Shown here: positions 21,779-31,118 of the stretch, one piece after another
Layout of the letters: the number at the start of each line of letters is the position of its first letter
Numbering within the stretch: the first letter of the stretch is position 1
Assembly (NCBI GenBank): GCA_963702895.1
Contig: OY969767.1
Location: 96,001-160,000 of the forward strand
From: an uncultured Elusimicrobia bacterium
Lineage (GTDB): Bacteria; Elusimicrobiota; Elusimicrobia; 2-01-FULL-59-12
Direction of reading: 5' to 3'
Length of the DNA stretch: 64,000 bases
Notes under the pieces: generated by a model
Seen by the model: only the letters and a program-made list of their open reading frames with translations
What the model was told of the DNA's origin: nothing
Databases searched by the model: none
Position numbers and translations under genes: made by a program

Positions 21779-22008
21779 TGGTCAAAAGGGCTGATGGGGC
21801 TAGGTGAGCGACTCGGTGATTTCAGCCGGATCCCTGAGGACGCCTAGGCCGAACTGTTTGACGAAGTCCCCCATCCGCTAAAGATAGGGGGCCTGGGGGA
21901 CGAGGAGTTGTGAGGCCTGTCCGAAGGGAGACGGCGGTCCTCCGTAGCCATGGCGAAGGAGGAGAAATCACCGCGGAGCGAACGTAGCCCCATCAGCCCT
22001 TCTGACCA
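21779..22008 (+). repeat. Long rod-like inverted-repeat element R3
   Basis: Terminal arms 21779-21802/21985-22008 match 23/24; inner arm 21814-21823/21964-21973 is perfect. Confidence 0.8.
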
Positions 22009-22021
22009 GACGATGGCTTGC

Positions 22022-22603
22022 CTATTTATAGTAGTCGGGTTCGTTGCCCGGTTTCCATTTGATGTTGCAGCCGGTCGCGGGCCGCTGGTCCTGTGAAACG
22101 GGCTGGTCGCTCAGCACGGCGTCGATCGCCGCGCGCAGGTCCTTGCCGGTGACCGGCTTGCCGTTTCCGGGACGCGAATCATCGAGTTGTCCCCGGTACA
22201 CCAGTGTTCTTTCCTTATCAAATAAAAAGATATCAGGCGTACAGGCGGCCGTGTAGAGCTTGGCCACGTCCTGGGATTCGTCATAGAGAAGTGGGTAGGT
22301 GATGCCGGACTCTTTCACAAACTTCGCCAGCTCCTCCGGCGCGTCATCGGGGTACCGTTCGGTGTCATTGGAGCTGATCCCGACCATGCCAAGGTCTTTG
22401 CCCTTGTAATCTTTCCCGAGCCTGGCCAGCTCACCTTTGATGTGCTGGACGTAGGGGCAATGCTGGCAGATAAACATGACCAAGAGCCCCTTCTTCTTGG
22501 CGAAATCCTTGAGCGAATAGATTTTTCCGGATCTAACCTCCGGAAGCTTGAAATCGACCGCGGTCGTTCCCAGCGGCAGCATCGTTGACGGGGTAAGCGA
22601 CAT
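22022..22603 (-). CDS. Thioredoxin-fold redoxin (AhpC/TSA-like)
   Basis: FICQHCPYV, ACTPD, YRGQLDD, GCNIKW; AGGAGG RBS before 22603. Confidence 0.9.
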   Translation of the reverse strand: MSLTPSTMLPLGTTAVDFKLPEVRSGKIYSLKDFAKKKGLLVMFICQHCPYVQHIKGELARLGKDYKGKDLGMVGISSNDTERYPDDAPEELAKFVKESGITYPLLYDESQDVAKLYTAACTPDIFLFDKERTLVYRGQLDDSRPGNGKPVTGKDLRAAIDAVLSDQPVSQDQRPATGCNIKWKPGNEPDYYK

Positions 22604-22721
22604 ACGCATCCTCCTCCTGTCCATTGTTTTGACACTCACGCCTTACGGCGCTCGCCTGCTTCTCTTGCCTCATTCTACATGAGCGTGGGAACTCAATTTC
22701 AACCTCCCTGTTACATGCAGC

Positions 22722-23468
22722 ATGGTGAAAGTGATGGAGACCCCCTCAATGGATATACGGCGCAAACAGGATCACTTTCATACCAAAGCGGGTTGGTTGG
22801 ATTCGCGGCACGCCTTCAGTTTTAGCCACCATTACGATCCCTCCAACACGCATCACGGTTTGCTCCTGGTGAGCAATGAGGACTTGATCAAGCCCGGCAC
22901 GGGTTTTGAGACCCATCCGCATCGTGATATGGAGATTGTGACGTGGGTCATCCGTGGGGAGCTTGAACATAAGGATTCTCAAAAAAACAGAGGGATCATC
23001 TACCCAGGGCTTGCCCAGCGTATGAGCGCAGGGACAGGAATTTGGCATTCGGAAATGAATCCCAGCGGCGAAAAGGAAGTGCATTTGGTGCAGATGTGGG
23101 TGATTCCCGACACCGAAAGCATCGAGCCTTCCTATGAGCAGCTTGATATCAACCCTCAGTTGGACAAGGGAGGACTGGTCCCCATCGCATCGGGGAAGGG
23201 ACACCACACCGCGATCCGTATCCGTCAACAGGGTGCTGTCCTATGGGCTGGGCGCTTAAAGCCGGGAGAGACCGTTCGTATCCCGGAAGCGCGATGGGCT
23301 CATCTGCATGTCGCCACAGGCAGCGTGACCTTGGATCGAGCCGGCACTCTCGGTTCAGGCGACACAGCAAGGCTCATGGGTACGGACCGACATAAGCTTG
23401 TAGCCGATGACAAGATGGGAGCCGAAGTGCTAATCTGGCAGATGGACAAGGAGCTGTATGAGGCCTGA
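22722..23468 (+). CDS. Pirin family protein (YhhW-like)
   Basis: GFETHPHRDMEI, MSAGTGIWHSE; start may be 22749. Confidence 0.92.
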   Translation: MVKVMETPSMDIRRKQDHFHTKAGWLDSRHAFSFSHHYDPSNTHHGLLLVSNEDLIKPGTGFETHPHRDMEIVTWVIRGELEHKDSQKNRGIIYPGLAQRMSAGTGIWHSEMNPSGEKEVHLVQMWVIPDTESIEPSYEQLDINPQLDKGGLVPIASGKGHHTAIRIRQQGAVLWAGRLKPGETVRIPEARWAHLHVATGSVTLDRAGTLGSGDTARLMGTDRHKLVADDKMGAEVLIWQMDKELYEA

Positions 23469-23577
23469 GAAAGGGGTGATCCTGATGGGACCCAATAAAC
23501 CCTGCGGTTGCTAACATTTGTGAGCAGTGCACAGCAGACGTCGCACGCTCGGCGGTCTGCTGGACTCTTCCCATAAC

Positions 23578-24537
23578 ATGAAGTCTATCCGAGTTCATCA
23601 ATTCGGGGGTCCGGAGGTCTTGAAGCTCGAGGACGTTCCCCTCCCACAGCCCGGCCAGGGTGAAGTCCTGGTGCGGGTCAAAGCCGTTGGCGTCAACCCT
23701 GTCGATACCTACATCCGCGGCGGGCTCTACGGCCAGCGGGATTTCCCCTTCACGCCGGGGCTCGATGCCGCGGGCGTCGTGGAATCCGCAGGGCCTGGCG
23801 TGAGCCGTTGGAAACCGGGCGCGCGCGTCTATGTGTATGGTTCCTTGAGCGGAACTTACGCGGAGTATGTGCTGTGCCGGGAAAATCAGGTTCATCCTTT
23901 ACCCGAGCCGCTTTCATTTGCCCAAGGCGCCGCGGTCGGAGCTGCCTACGTCACCGCTTGCTTTGCGCTTCTCAACAGAGCCAAAGCGCTTCCCGGAGAG
24001 GTCGTTCTGATCCACGGGGCCTCCGGCGGAGTGGGAGTGGCGTCCATCCAAGTGGCGCGGATGCTTAAGCTCACGGTCATTGGAACGGCCGGCACCGATC
24101 GAGGGCGCGACCTGGTCAAGCATGAAGGGGCGCAGCATGTGCTGGATCACCACGCCGCCGGCCATCTTGATGAGGTCATGAAGCTCTCGGGCGGCAAGGG
24201 CGCCGATATCGTTCTCGAAATGCTCGCCAATGAGAACCTGGGGAAGGACCTGAAAGTCCTCGCTTCGCGCGGCCGCGTCATTGTCGTCGGAAGCCGTGGC
24301 CCTGTGACGATCGATCCCCGGGACACCATGGCCCGCCATGCCGACATACGGGGCATGGCCATCCTCACAGTCCCTGAAGCGGAATTGGCCTCCGTTCATG
24401 ATACGATCGCGGAAGGTCTGGCCCATGGCGCACTGCGTCCGGTTGTGGGAGCGGAATTCCCCCTCGCGCAGGCCGCTCGCGCTCAGGAGCGGGTGATGCA
24501 GTCCGGCGCCTACGGAAAAATTGTTTTAATACCTTAA
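23578..24537 (+). CDS. NADPH:quinone reductase (zeta-crystallin/MDR family)
   Basis: FGGPEVL, GVNPVD, HGASGGVG, GKIVL. Confidence 0.92.
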   Translation: MKSIRVHQFGGPEVLKLEDVPLPQPGQGEVLVRVKAVGVNPVDTYIRGGLYGQRDFPFTPGLDAAGVVESAGPGVSRWKPGARVYVYGSLSGTYAEYVLCRENQVHPLPEPLSFAQGAAVGAAYVTACFALLNRAKALPGEVVLIHGASGGVGVASIQVARMLKLTVIGTAGTDRGRDLVKHEGAQHVLDHHAAGHLDEVMKLSGGKGADIVLEMLANENLGKDLKVLASRGRVIVVGSRGPVTIDPRDTMARHADIRGMAILTVPEAELASVHDTIAEGLAHGALRPVVGAEFPLAQAARAQERVMQSGAYGKIVLIP

Positions 24538-24548
24538 AGGAGGTCGTC

Positions 24549-24788
24549 ATGGATAAAAAGGAAGAAAACGCGGGTCAAGAAGGTTGCTGCTCGGACGGAA
24601 AGGGAAGTTGCTGCACGGGTGGTAAATGTTGTCCTGGTAAGTGGGCGCTCGGGCTTGTGCTGCTCCTCATTGCCGGGATGATCGGTTACAGTTTTGGAAA
24701 ATGTAACTATTCTAAATGGTGCTGCAAAGGCGACATGTCGAAATGCCCGATAACTGGAGAGAAATCCCCCACTCCGGCTGCGAAATAG
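24549..24788 (+). CDS. Small Cys-rich single-pass membrane protein
   Basis: AGGAGG RBS; 10 Cys in 79 aa including four CC pairs; one TM segment. Confidence 0.65.
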   Translation: MDKKEENAGQEGCCSDGKGSCCTGGKCCPGKWALGLVLLLIAGMIGYSFGKCNYSKWCCKGDMSKCPITGEKSPTPAAK

Positions 24789-24801
24789 TTCGTTCTGAAC
24801 T

Positions 24802-24961
24802 CCCTCTCCCACGTTCCGTGGGAGACCCGCGCTTCCACAATTTCTTATAGCGCGCAGGTCCCGAGTCGTGTTCGGGAGGGCTGGGGTGAGGGCAAGTCAG
24901 AATCAGCGAGAGGGGTCTGTGCCCTCGCCCTGACTCTCTCCCGCCTAAGAGCGGGAGAGGG
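24802..24961. repeat. Family A palindromic repeat (composite) between convergent genes
   Basis: CCCTCTCCC..GGGAGA, GGGGTGAGGGCA..TGCCCTCGCCC, CTCTCTCCC..GGGAGAGGG. Confidence 0.75.
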
Positions 24962-24977
24962 AAGAATAGAACGCCGT

Positions 24978-25262
24978 CTATTCATCGTCCTTTTCCCCCT
25001 CTTCGTCGCCCTCTTCTTCGCCGTCTTCCTCGTCGTCCTCCTCTTCCAGGTCGTAGTCAGCGGCATCGCTCGCCAGTTCTTTGGCGTCCGCTCCCGCGTA
25101 GAGGACATACGTCGGGCGGGAAGGTTCGTCCCACACTTTCACACCCCAAACTTTCCCGTCTGATGAGGAACGGAGCTCGAAATCGTCCTCCGTGCCCTTG
25201 CGCACGATCTGGAGTGTTTCAAAAATCTCTTGCAGCGTCTTTTTGTCAGAAGACAGCGCCAT
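24978..25262 (-). CDS. Small protein with very acidic C-terminal tail
   Basis: AGGAGG RBS; tail DLEEEDDEEDGEEEGDEEGEKDDE. Confidence 0.65.
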   Translation of the reverse strand: MALSSDKKTLQEIFETLQIVRKGTEDDFELRSSSDGKVWGVKVWDEPSRPTYVLYAGADAKELASDAADYDLEEEDDEEDGEEEGDEEGEKDDE

Positions 25263-25515
25263 AGTCCCTCCTCTTTAGGCGACATTCTACACGATGAATT
25301 TGACGTGTGGCCTGAAATAGATAGAATGGTCTAGAAAATGAAGCACAGGTCACATCTTTTCCGCATGAACCCGCAAGCTGCGTACCGACCGCGAAGGCTT
25401 CCAAAACTTTCAACGCTCCTCTCCGCGATCTTCGTTCTTTCCGTTGCCGCGCTTTATTGGATCGGCAAGTTTTACGGCCGATAATCACGCAACTTAAAAA
25501 ATGATTTAATGGGCC

Positions 25516-25998
25516 GTGCCCGTCGACCCCCGTTTATCGTTTCGACCGGCGTCGATCGCGGACCGCAAGGCGGTGCTCGCGATGGTCGACGCCTTGGCGG
25601 ACTGTGACAACATGCCGCGCTTGGACGAAGAGGCCCAGCAGCGGCTCATTCGAGACGCTTTTGAGCGCAAGCGCGTCGAATTTGTTTTGGCGGACTGGGA
25701 AGGGAAAGCCATCGGCTATGCGGCCCTCTTTGAGACCTATTCGACCTTCGAGGCGCGCCCCACGCTTTTTATTGATGACCTTTTTGTGTTGCCCGAGTTC
25801 CGTGGGCGGCATGTGGCCTATGAGCTGTTCCGCTATTGTTTAAGGGAGGCCCAACGCCGCGATTGCGGCCGGATGGAATGGTTGGTCCTGGAGGGCAACC
25901 GCCCGGCGTTTGGTTTTTATGATCATCTCCAGGCCAAACGCCTTAAAAACTGGGTCCCTTTTCGTCTGAACCGCGACGATATCCAACGAATGGCGTAA
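25516..25998 (+). CDS. GNAT N-acetyltransferase (SSAT-like)
   Basis: LFIDDLFVLPEFRGR, RMEWLVL, FYDHL. Confidence 0.9.
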   Translation: MPVDPRLSFRPASIADRKAVLAMVDALADCDNMPRLDEEAQQRLIRDAFERKRVEFVLADWEGKAIGYAALFETYSTFEARPTLFIDDLFVLPEFRGRHVAYELFRYCLREAQRRDCGRMEWLVLEGNRPAFGFYDHLQAKRLKNWVPFRLNRDDIQRMA

Positions 25999-26109
25999 GC
26001 GCTCCTCGACTCAGATAAGAATGCCATGCCGCTAAGAAATCAGCACCGCCCTGCTGCTCCTCGAAGGATGTCGCGCGTCTGAGATGTCCCGCCTCAAGCT
26101 CCTCTTTGG

Positions 26110-27702
26110 CTAGTTGTTGAGGATAGCGAGCGCCTCCTCGCGGCTGCACTCCATCAGGTACGGGATCCCCGTCACTTTGGCGCACTCCTCCGAAAGGGAC
26201 ATCAGGTCGTGCCGGCTGATCACGCTTAGGTTAAAGGCGCGCGCCCCCGCCATGATTTGCTGTAAGCCCACGCGGAGCTTGTCGACGTAGCTGTAGATGC
26301 CGATCGCCCCGAGCGGGATCTTCTTGATCTCCTCTCGGCCGACGATATCCGCCACGCGCTCATAGCACACAAAGATTTCCTCGGGCGATGTGCCGTACTC
26401 CGCGACTGTTTTGGGCAGACTCTTTTCTTCGAGCCATTGGGCGATGTTTTTGCCGACCATCCCCGGGATCATGAGGGCCCGGCCCATGCAGATCGCCTTG
26501 ACGAACGGCGCTCCCAGAGCCAGCGCCTTGAAAATGCCGTCTTCGGAGCTAAAACCGCCCGCAAACGCCAAGTCCGGGACTCGCTCTTCTTTGTGGTGAA
26601 GCACGCGCGCGAACTCCGCCGCCGCGGAGTGGAGGTAGATCGAAGGCATTCCCCACTCTTCCATCATGCGCCACGGGCTCATGCCGGTCCCGCCGGATGC
26701 GCCGTCGATCGTCAGGAGGTCAATTTTGGCCCGCGATGCCCATTTGATCGCCATCGCCAGCTCGGGCAAACCGTAGGCGCCGGTTTTTAAGGTGATACGC
26801 TGGAATCCCAGCTTGCGCAGGCGCTCCACTTCCTTATAAAAGGCTTCCTCTTCGATAAAGCCAAGGCGGCTGTGCCGTTCAAATTCCTTCAAAGCACCGC
26901 TCTTAAAAGCAGCCTGCTGTACCGGCTCGTCAGGATCCGGCGTCACGATGTAGCCGCGGCGCTTGAGCTCCTGGGCGCGCTCGAGGGAATTCACCTTGAT
27001 CTCGCCGCCGATACATTTGGCGCCCTGTCCCCATTTAAGCTCAATCGTCTTAATGCCATGCTTTTCGATGATGTATTCCGCCACACCCAGCCTGGTGTCT
27101 TCGACGTTCATTTGGATGAGCATTTCGCCTTCATCCTTGTGATATTTGCGGTAGGCCTCGATGCGACGGGTCATCTCCGGGGACTTCTTGATTTTCTTTT
27201 TCTTGTCCAGCTCCAGACCCGGATCGATGCCGCAGACGTTTTCCCCACAGACGATGGTGACGCCTGACAGAGCGGCTCCCACGGCGAAGTGGTCCCAGTT
27301 TTTCCGAGCGATGTCCGTCGATCCCAGGGCCCCCGTGAAGATAGGCATGGACATCCGGACCTTCTTTTTCCAGCCGTATTGGGTGGTCGTGTCCACCATG
27401 GGGAAGCGCGCGGTGTCGGGGTTACCCTTAACGCCTGGCGGAAGACCGCGTGCGCCTAAAGCGTAACCCTGGATGTTGAGGTGGGAATAGTCGACGGGAT
27501 AATTCTTATCTCCTCCGGCGGTCACTTCTCCGAAGGGGCCCGGGTAAATCAGTTCTCGTCCGCGAAAGGTGGCCTTAAAGACCTCGCAGTTGCCACGGCA
27601 GCCGTCCACGCAGCGCGAGCATAGGCCGCTTGTGGGGACAACATTTTTCGACCGGTTAAAGGTGCTGGTGGCGTCGTTGGCGTTCGGGGGGCGCAGATTC
27701 AT
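26110..27702 (-). CDS. FMN-binding glutamate synthase family protein
   Basis: IELKWGQGAK, LTIDGASGGTG, FKALALGAP; N-terminal CxxCxxxCxxxC. Confidence 0.88.
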   Translation of the reverse strand: MNLRPPNANDATSTFNRSKNVVPTSGLCSRCVDGCRGNCEVFKATFRGRELIYPGPFGEVTAGGDKNYPVDYSHLNIQGYALGARGLPPGVKGNPDTARFPMVDTTTQYGWKKKVRMSMPIFTGALGSTDIARKNWDHFAVGAALSGVTIVCGENVCGIDPGLELDKKKKIKKSPEMTRRIEAYRKYHKDEGEMLIQMNVEDTRLGVAEYIIEKHGIKTIELKWGQGAKCIGGEIKVNSLERAQELKRRGYIVTPDPDEPVQQAAFKSGALKEFERHSRLGFIEEEAFYKEVERLRKLGFQRITLKTGAYGLPELAMAIKWASRAKIDLLTIDGASGGTGMSPWRMMEEWGMPSIYLHSAAAEFARVLHHKEERVPDLAFAGGFSSEDGIFKALALGAPFVKAICMGRALMIPGMVGKNIAQWLEEKSLPKTVAEYGTSPEEIFVCYERVADIVGREEIKKIPLGAIGIYSYVDKLRVGLQQIMAGARAFNLSVISRHDLMSLSEECAKVTGIPYLMECSREEALAILNN

Positions 27703-27719
27703 GGCAAGTTCTCCTTTTT

Positions 27720-27797
27720 CCTCTCCACATTGAGAGGAGTGCCTTAGGGTGATTTTCGATTTCGTGGGCTTGACTGCAGGAACGCCTCATTGCGTCC
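27720..27797 (-). promoter_or_regulatory. Two ANTAR-like hexaloop hairpins in the glutamate synthase leader
   Basis: Minus strand GGACGC-AATGAG-GCGTTC and CCTCTC-AATGTG-GAGAGG (loop A1, G4). Confidence 0.45.
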
Positions 27798-27951
27798 AAC
27801 AGAACATCCCGTAAGGATCCGGCGAATTCTAATAACCCACCGGAAAAATTGCAATGGAAAATAAATGACGCGAAAAGGCACAGCCCCAACTCACAAACGT
27901 AACGACGGCTGGCTTAAGCCTATTGCCCGGCCCTGTCTCAAAGGGCCCCCC

Positions 27952-28734
27952 CTACTTTATCGACGATAAATCCCGCAAACTCTTCTCTTCGCCGGGCTTG
28001 AAAGCTTCCATACGCGAGACAACGCCGAGGCGTTTCATTTCGCGCGCGAGGTCATCGGGCGTGCCGGTGAGGATGGGGAAGGTCCCGTAGTGCATCGGGA
28101 TCACGGTGCGCGCCTGCAGAGCCCTAGCAGCATAGGCTGCTTCGAAAGGCTTCATTGTGAAAACTCCGCCAATCGGCAAGATCACGACTTGCGGGCTATA
28201 GAGTTCGGCAATGAGGGACATGTCGGAGAAAACAGCCGTGTCGCCTGCGTGGTAAAAAGTCGCTGACCCCTCGTCAGAAATAATAAATCCCAAGGGGGCG
28301 CCCGCGTAGCGCATGGTTTTCCCCTCCCCGCAGCTCGAAGAGTGAATCGCGGGAACGGCCGTGATCGTGACGGTCTCAATTTTGGTGCTGCCATTGGGGT
28401 TGAGGGACACGACGCTCGAGACACCTTCCTCTTTACCGATCTCCGTCAGTTCGTAACTCGCGATCACGGGAGCTTTGAATTTTTTGGCCAGATCAAAAGC
28501 TCCTGTCACGTGATCGGAGTGACCATGCGTGAGAAGGATCCCCTCGATATGCGTAAAGGAAATCCCCTTCGGCGCTTTCGGGTTGGAGAGCCATGGGTCG
28601 ATCAAAAATATTTTCCCCCCTCTCGACGAGAATTGAAAGGACGAATGGCCAAGCCACTTTAATTTGGGCTCCGCGGCAGAGCTGACGGATGCCATCGAGA
28701 CTAAAGCAAGAAGACTCCAGAGATATCGTTTCAC
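27952..28734 (-). CDS. Metallo-beta-lactamase-fold hydrolase (UPF0173-like) with signal peptide
   Basis: WLGHS, THGHSDH, YHAGDT, IPMHYGTF. Confidence 0.9.
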   Translation of the reverse strand: MKRYLWSLLALVSMASVSSAAEPKLKWLGHSSFQFSSRGGKIFLIDPWLSNPKAPKGISFTHIEGILLTHGHSDHVTGAFDLAKKFKAPVIASYELTEIGKEEGVSSVVSLNPNGSTKIETVTITAVPAIHSSSCGEGKTMRYAGAPLGFIISDEGSATFYHAGDTAVFSDMSLIAELYSPQVVILPIGGVFTMKPFEAAYAARALQARTVIPMHYGTFPILTGTPDDLAREMKRLGVVSRMEAFKPGEEKSLRDLSSIK

Positions 28735-28781
28735 AGTGGGACCTCCGTATTTGATTTATCGCTACGTATTATAATCAGCGA

Positions 28782-29447
28782 ATGCTCACAGGCAAACAAC
28801 TCCTTGAGAAATACGCGCAGGCGGTGCTCGCCGCGCCGGAGTCGCTGCATCTCACGGCGACGCGTGAGCCGGGAGAGTTTTGGTCTCGCCATGTGCTCGA
28901 TGCGCTCAAGCTGGTGGAGCTTATCCCCCCCTCTGAGCAAAAAAGACCATTAAAGGTTCTTGATATCGGCAGCGGGAACGGTATTCCAGGGATTCCCATG
29001 GCCATTGCTGTCCCAATTTGGTCTATGGATTTGCTGGAGTCAAATTCGAAAAAGAGTGGATTTCTAGATATGTTTTGTAAGTCTACTGGAATCAAAAATG
29101 TGCGTGTTCTGACAGGGCGAGCCGAACTGCTGGGGAGGGGGGAGGGAAGGAATTCTTATGATTTCGTCTTTGCCAGGGCGCTAGGTAAGCTGCCGGTTGC
29201 TCTTGAGCTTGCTGCGCCGTTTGTAAGAGTGGGGGGGAGTCTCATTGTTCCACATGGAACATCTTGGAATTTGGAGGTTAAGCGATCAGCCAAGGCCTTG
29301 TCCGAGCTTCGGCTCATTCTAAAAGAGCCAATACCTTACTCCATAGGGAGGGGTGTCAATTTTGTGTCTCTCTTGTTTGAAAAGATCGGTTCTACGCCAG
29401 ATATCTATCCCAGAGCGGTGGGAATACCCAGCAAGAGGCCCCTGTGA
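28782..29447 (+). CDS. rsmG: 16S rRNA m7G527 methyltransferase RsmG (GidB)
   Basis: HVLDAL, LDIGSGNGIPG, GRAE, YPRAVGIPSKRPL. Confidence 0.92.
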   Translation: MLTGKQLLEKYAQAVLAAPESLHLTATREPGEFWSRHVLDALKLVELIPPSEQKRPLKVLDIGSGNGIPGIPMAIAVPIWSMDLLESNSKKSGFLDMFCKSTGIKNVRVLTGRAELLGRGEGRNSYDFVFARALGKLPVALELAAPFVRVGGSLIVPHGTSWNLEVKRSAKALSELRLILKEPIPYSIGRGVNFVSLLFEKIGSTPDIYPRAVGIPSKRPL

Positions 29448-30124
29448 TCCCTTTACGAGACAATATCCCATCCAGGATCACTCCTTTTATAACCTGGCTT
29501 CTGATTGCGGCCAATTGCTATGTGTTTTTTCTGCAGATTACGGCAGGAGGAGTAAAGGGGTTTGAAAAATTTGTCTACCAATGGGCAGTCATACCTTCAC
29601 ATTTATTCTCGAACCCATCCCAATACTGGTATACCCTGATCACAGCGACCTTTCTGCATGGGGGTTGGGGACATATTATTGGGAACATGGTGTTTCTCTA
29701 TATCTTTGGCGACAATGTTGAGGACCGAATGGGCCACTTTAAATATCTCATCTTCTACTTTCTGATAGGCATCGTCGCGAATTTCTCGCAAGCGCTTCTT
29801 TCTCAGACGAGTCAAATTCCACTTTTGGGGGCATCAGGCGCCATCGCCGGCGTTCTGGGCTCTTATTTCTTTTACTATCCTCACGCCCGAATCATGACTT
29901 TGGTCCCTCTCGGTTTTTTCTCACGCATCATCGAAGTACCGGCGTTTGTGTTTCTAGGGATTTGGTTTTTAATGCAGACGCTGAACACGACGGTCTCCAT
30001 CTCCGTCCAGATGGCAACCAAGCAGACGTCTGGAGGTGTTGCCTTTCTCGCCCATGCCGCTGGCTTTGTTGGTGGTCTCGTTCTGAGCCCCATCTTCGGC
30101 TCCAAACGCTCCCGCTTCAAATGA
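29444..30124 (+). CDS. Rhomboid family intramembrane serine protease
   Basis: FLHGGWGHIIGNM, GASGAIAG, AHAAGF. Confidence 0.93.
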   Translation: MIPLRDNIPSRITPFITWLLIAANCYVFFLQITAGGVKGFEKFVYQWAVIPSHLFSNPSQYWYTLITATFLHGGWGHIIGNMVFLYIFGDNVEDRMGHFKYLIFYFLIGIVANFSQALLSQTSQIPLLGASGAIAGVLGSYFFYYPHARIMTLVPLGFFSRIIEVPAFVFLGIWFLMQTLNTTVSISVQMATKQTSGGVAFLAHAAGFVGGLVLSPIFGSKRSRFK

Positions 30125-30130
30125 CGGCAC

Positions 30131-30202
30131 GGGGACGTTCTTCACAAATTCACAAAGTCCACACTGAATGACAGACTTTGTGAATTTGTGAAGAACGTCC
30201 CC
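30131..30202. repeat. Perfect 29-bp inverted repeat with 14-nt spacer
   Basis: GGGGACGTTCTTCACAAATTCACAAAGTC (30131-30159) and its exact reverse complement (30174-30202). Confidence 0.9.
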
Positions 30203-30214
30203 ATGTTGTATATT

Positions 30215-30230
30215 TGTTCCACGTGAAACA
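30215..30230. promoter_or_regulatory. parS centromere site
   Basis: TGTTCCACGTGAAACA matches consensus TGTTNCACGTGAAACA, directly upstream of parA. Confidence 0.92.
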
Positions 30231-30242
30231 ATTTATGGCAGG

Positions 30243-31118
30243 TTGCCTTTGAAAATCATCGTTATCGCCAATCAAAAGGGGGGAGTTGCAAAAACAACGA
30301 CCGTCGTCAATTTAGCTTCCTATCTCGGACTCGCTGGAAAACAAGTTCTCCTCATCGACCTCGACCCACAAGCCAACGCCACCTCCGGTATCGGTATCGA
30401 TAAGTCCAAAGTGGAGAAGAGCATTTACGATGTTCTCATCGGCAAGGGGGAAATCGAAGGCGTTGTGCTGCCAACTCCAGAGACGAATGTTTCGCTCGTA
30501 CCCGCCAACCTTGCCCTCGTAGGAGCAGAGGTGGAGCTCGTTCACGCCCCACGGCGCGAGTTCCGATTGGCGGATAGTATATTCAAAAACGATTCTATAA
30601 ATAGATATGATTATGCAATCATAGATACGCCACCTTCGCTTGGCCTGCTGACCATCAATGCGTTTACAGCGGCGGAGAGCGTGCTTATCCCGATGCAGTG
30701 CGAGTACTATGCCTTGGAAGGGCTGGCCCAACTATATAAGACAATTCAACTGGTGCGGCAGAACTCCAACCCAGCTCTTCGCATCGAAGGGCTGGTGTTT
30801 TCGATGGTGGACATGCGCGCCAACCTCACGGTGCAAGTGATGGAAGAAGTGAAGAAGATCTTGAAGGACAAAGTTTACGAAACGGTGGTGCCAAGAAATA
30901 TTCGCCTCGCGGAGGCCCCGAGTTTTGGTAAGGCGATTGCCTCCTATGACAAGCATTCCAAAGGCGCAGAAGCTTACCTGCGCCTCGCCAATGAATTTCT
31001 GCAGCGCAACAGTCCGACGGGAAGCGCAGAACCGCTAACGCCCACCCACGTCATTCAATCCGGAGATGTGGTTGAAACGGCCACTCCCGCCGAGATCCAG
31101 GAGGTTTCATCGATATGA
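30243..31118 (+). CDS. parA: Chromosome partitioning ATPase ParA (Soj)
   Basis: NQKGGVAKTTT, DLDPQANAT, IDTPPSLG, QCEYYALEG. Confidence 0.95.
   Translation: MPLKIIVIANQKGGVAKTTTVVNLASYLGLAGKQVLLIDLDPQANATSGIGIDKSKVEKSIYDVLIGKGEIEGVVLPTPETNVSLVPANLALVGAEVELVHAPRREFRLADSIFKNDSINRYDYAIIDTPPSLGLLTINAFTAAESVLIPMQCEYYALEGLAQLYKTIQLVRQNSNPALRIEGLVFSMVDMRANLTVQVMEEVKKILKDKVYETVVPRNIRLAEAPSFGKAIASYDKHSKGAEAYLRLANEFLQRNSPTGSAEPLTPTHVIQSGDVVETATPAEIQEVSSI

Noticed and set aside
21833..21855. Hammerhead-like CTGAGGA...GAA in R3
   Set aside because: Followed by GAAC, not GAAA; stem II closing pair is missing; not conserved in R1 or R2.
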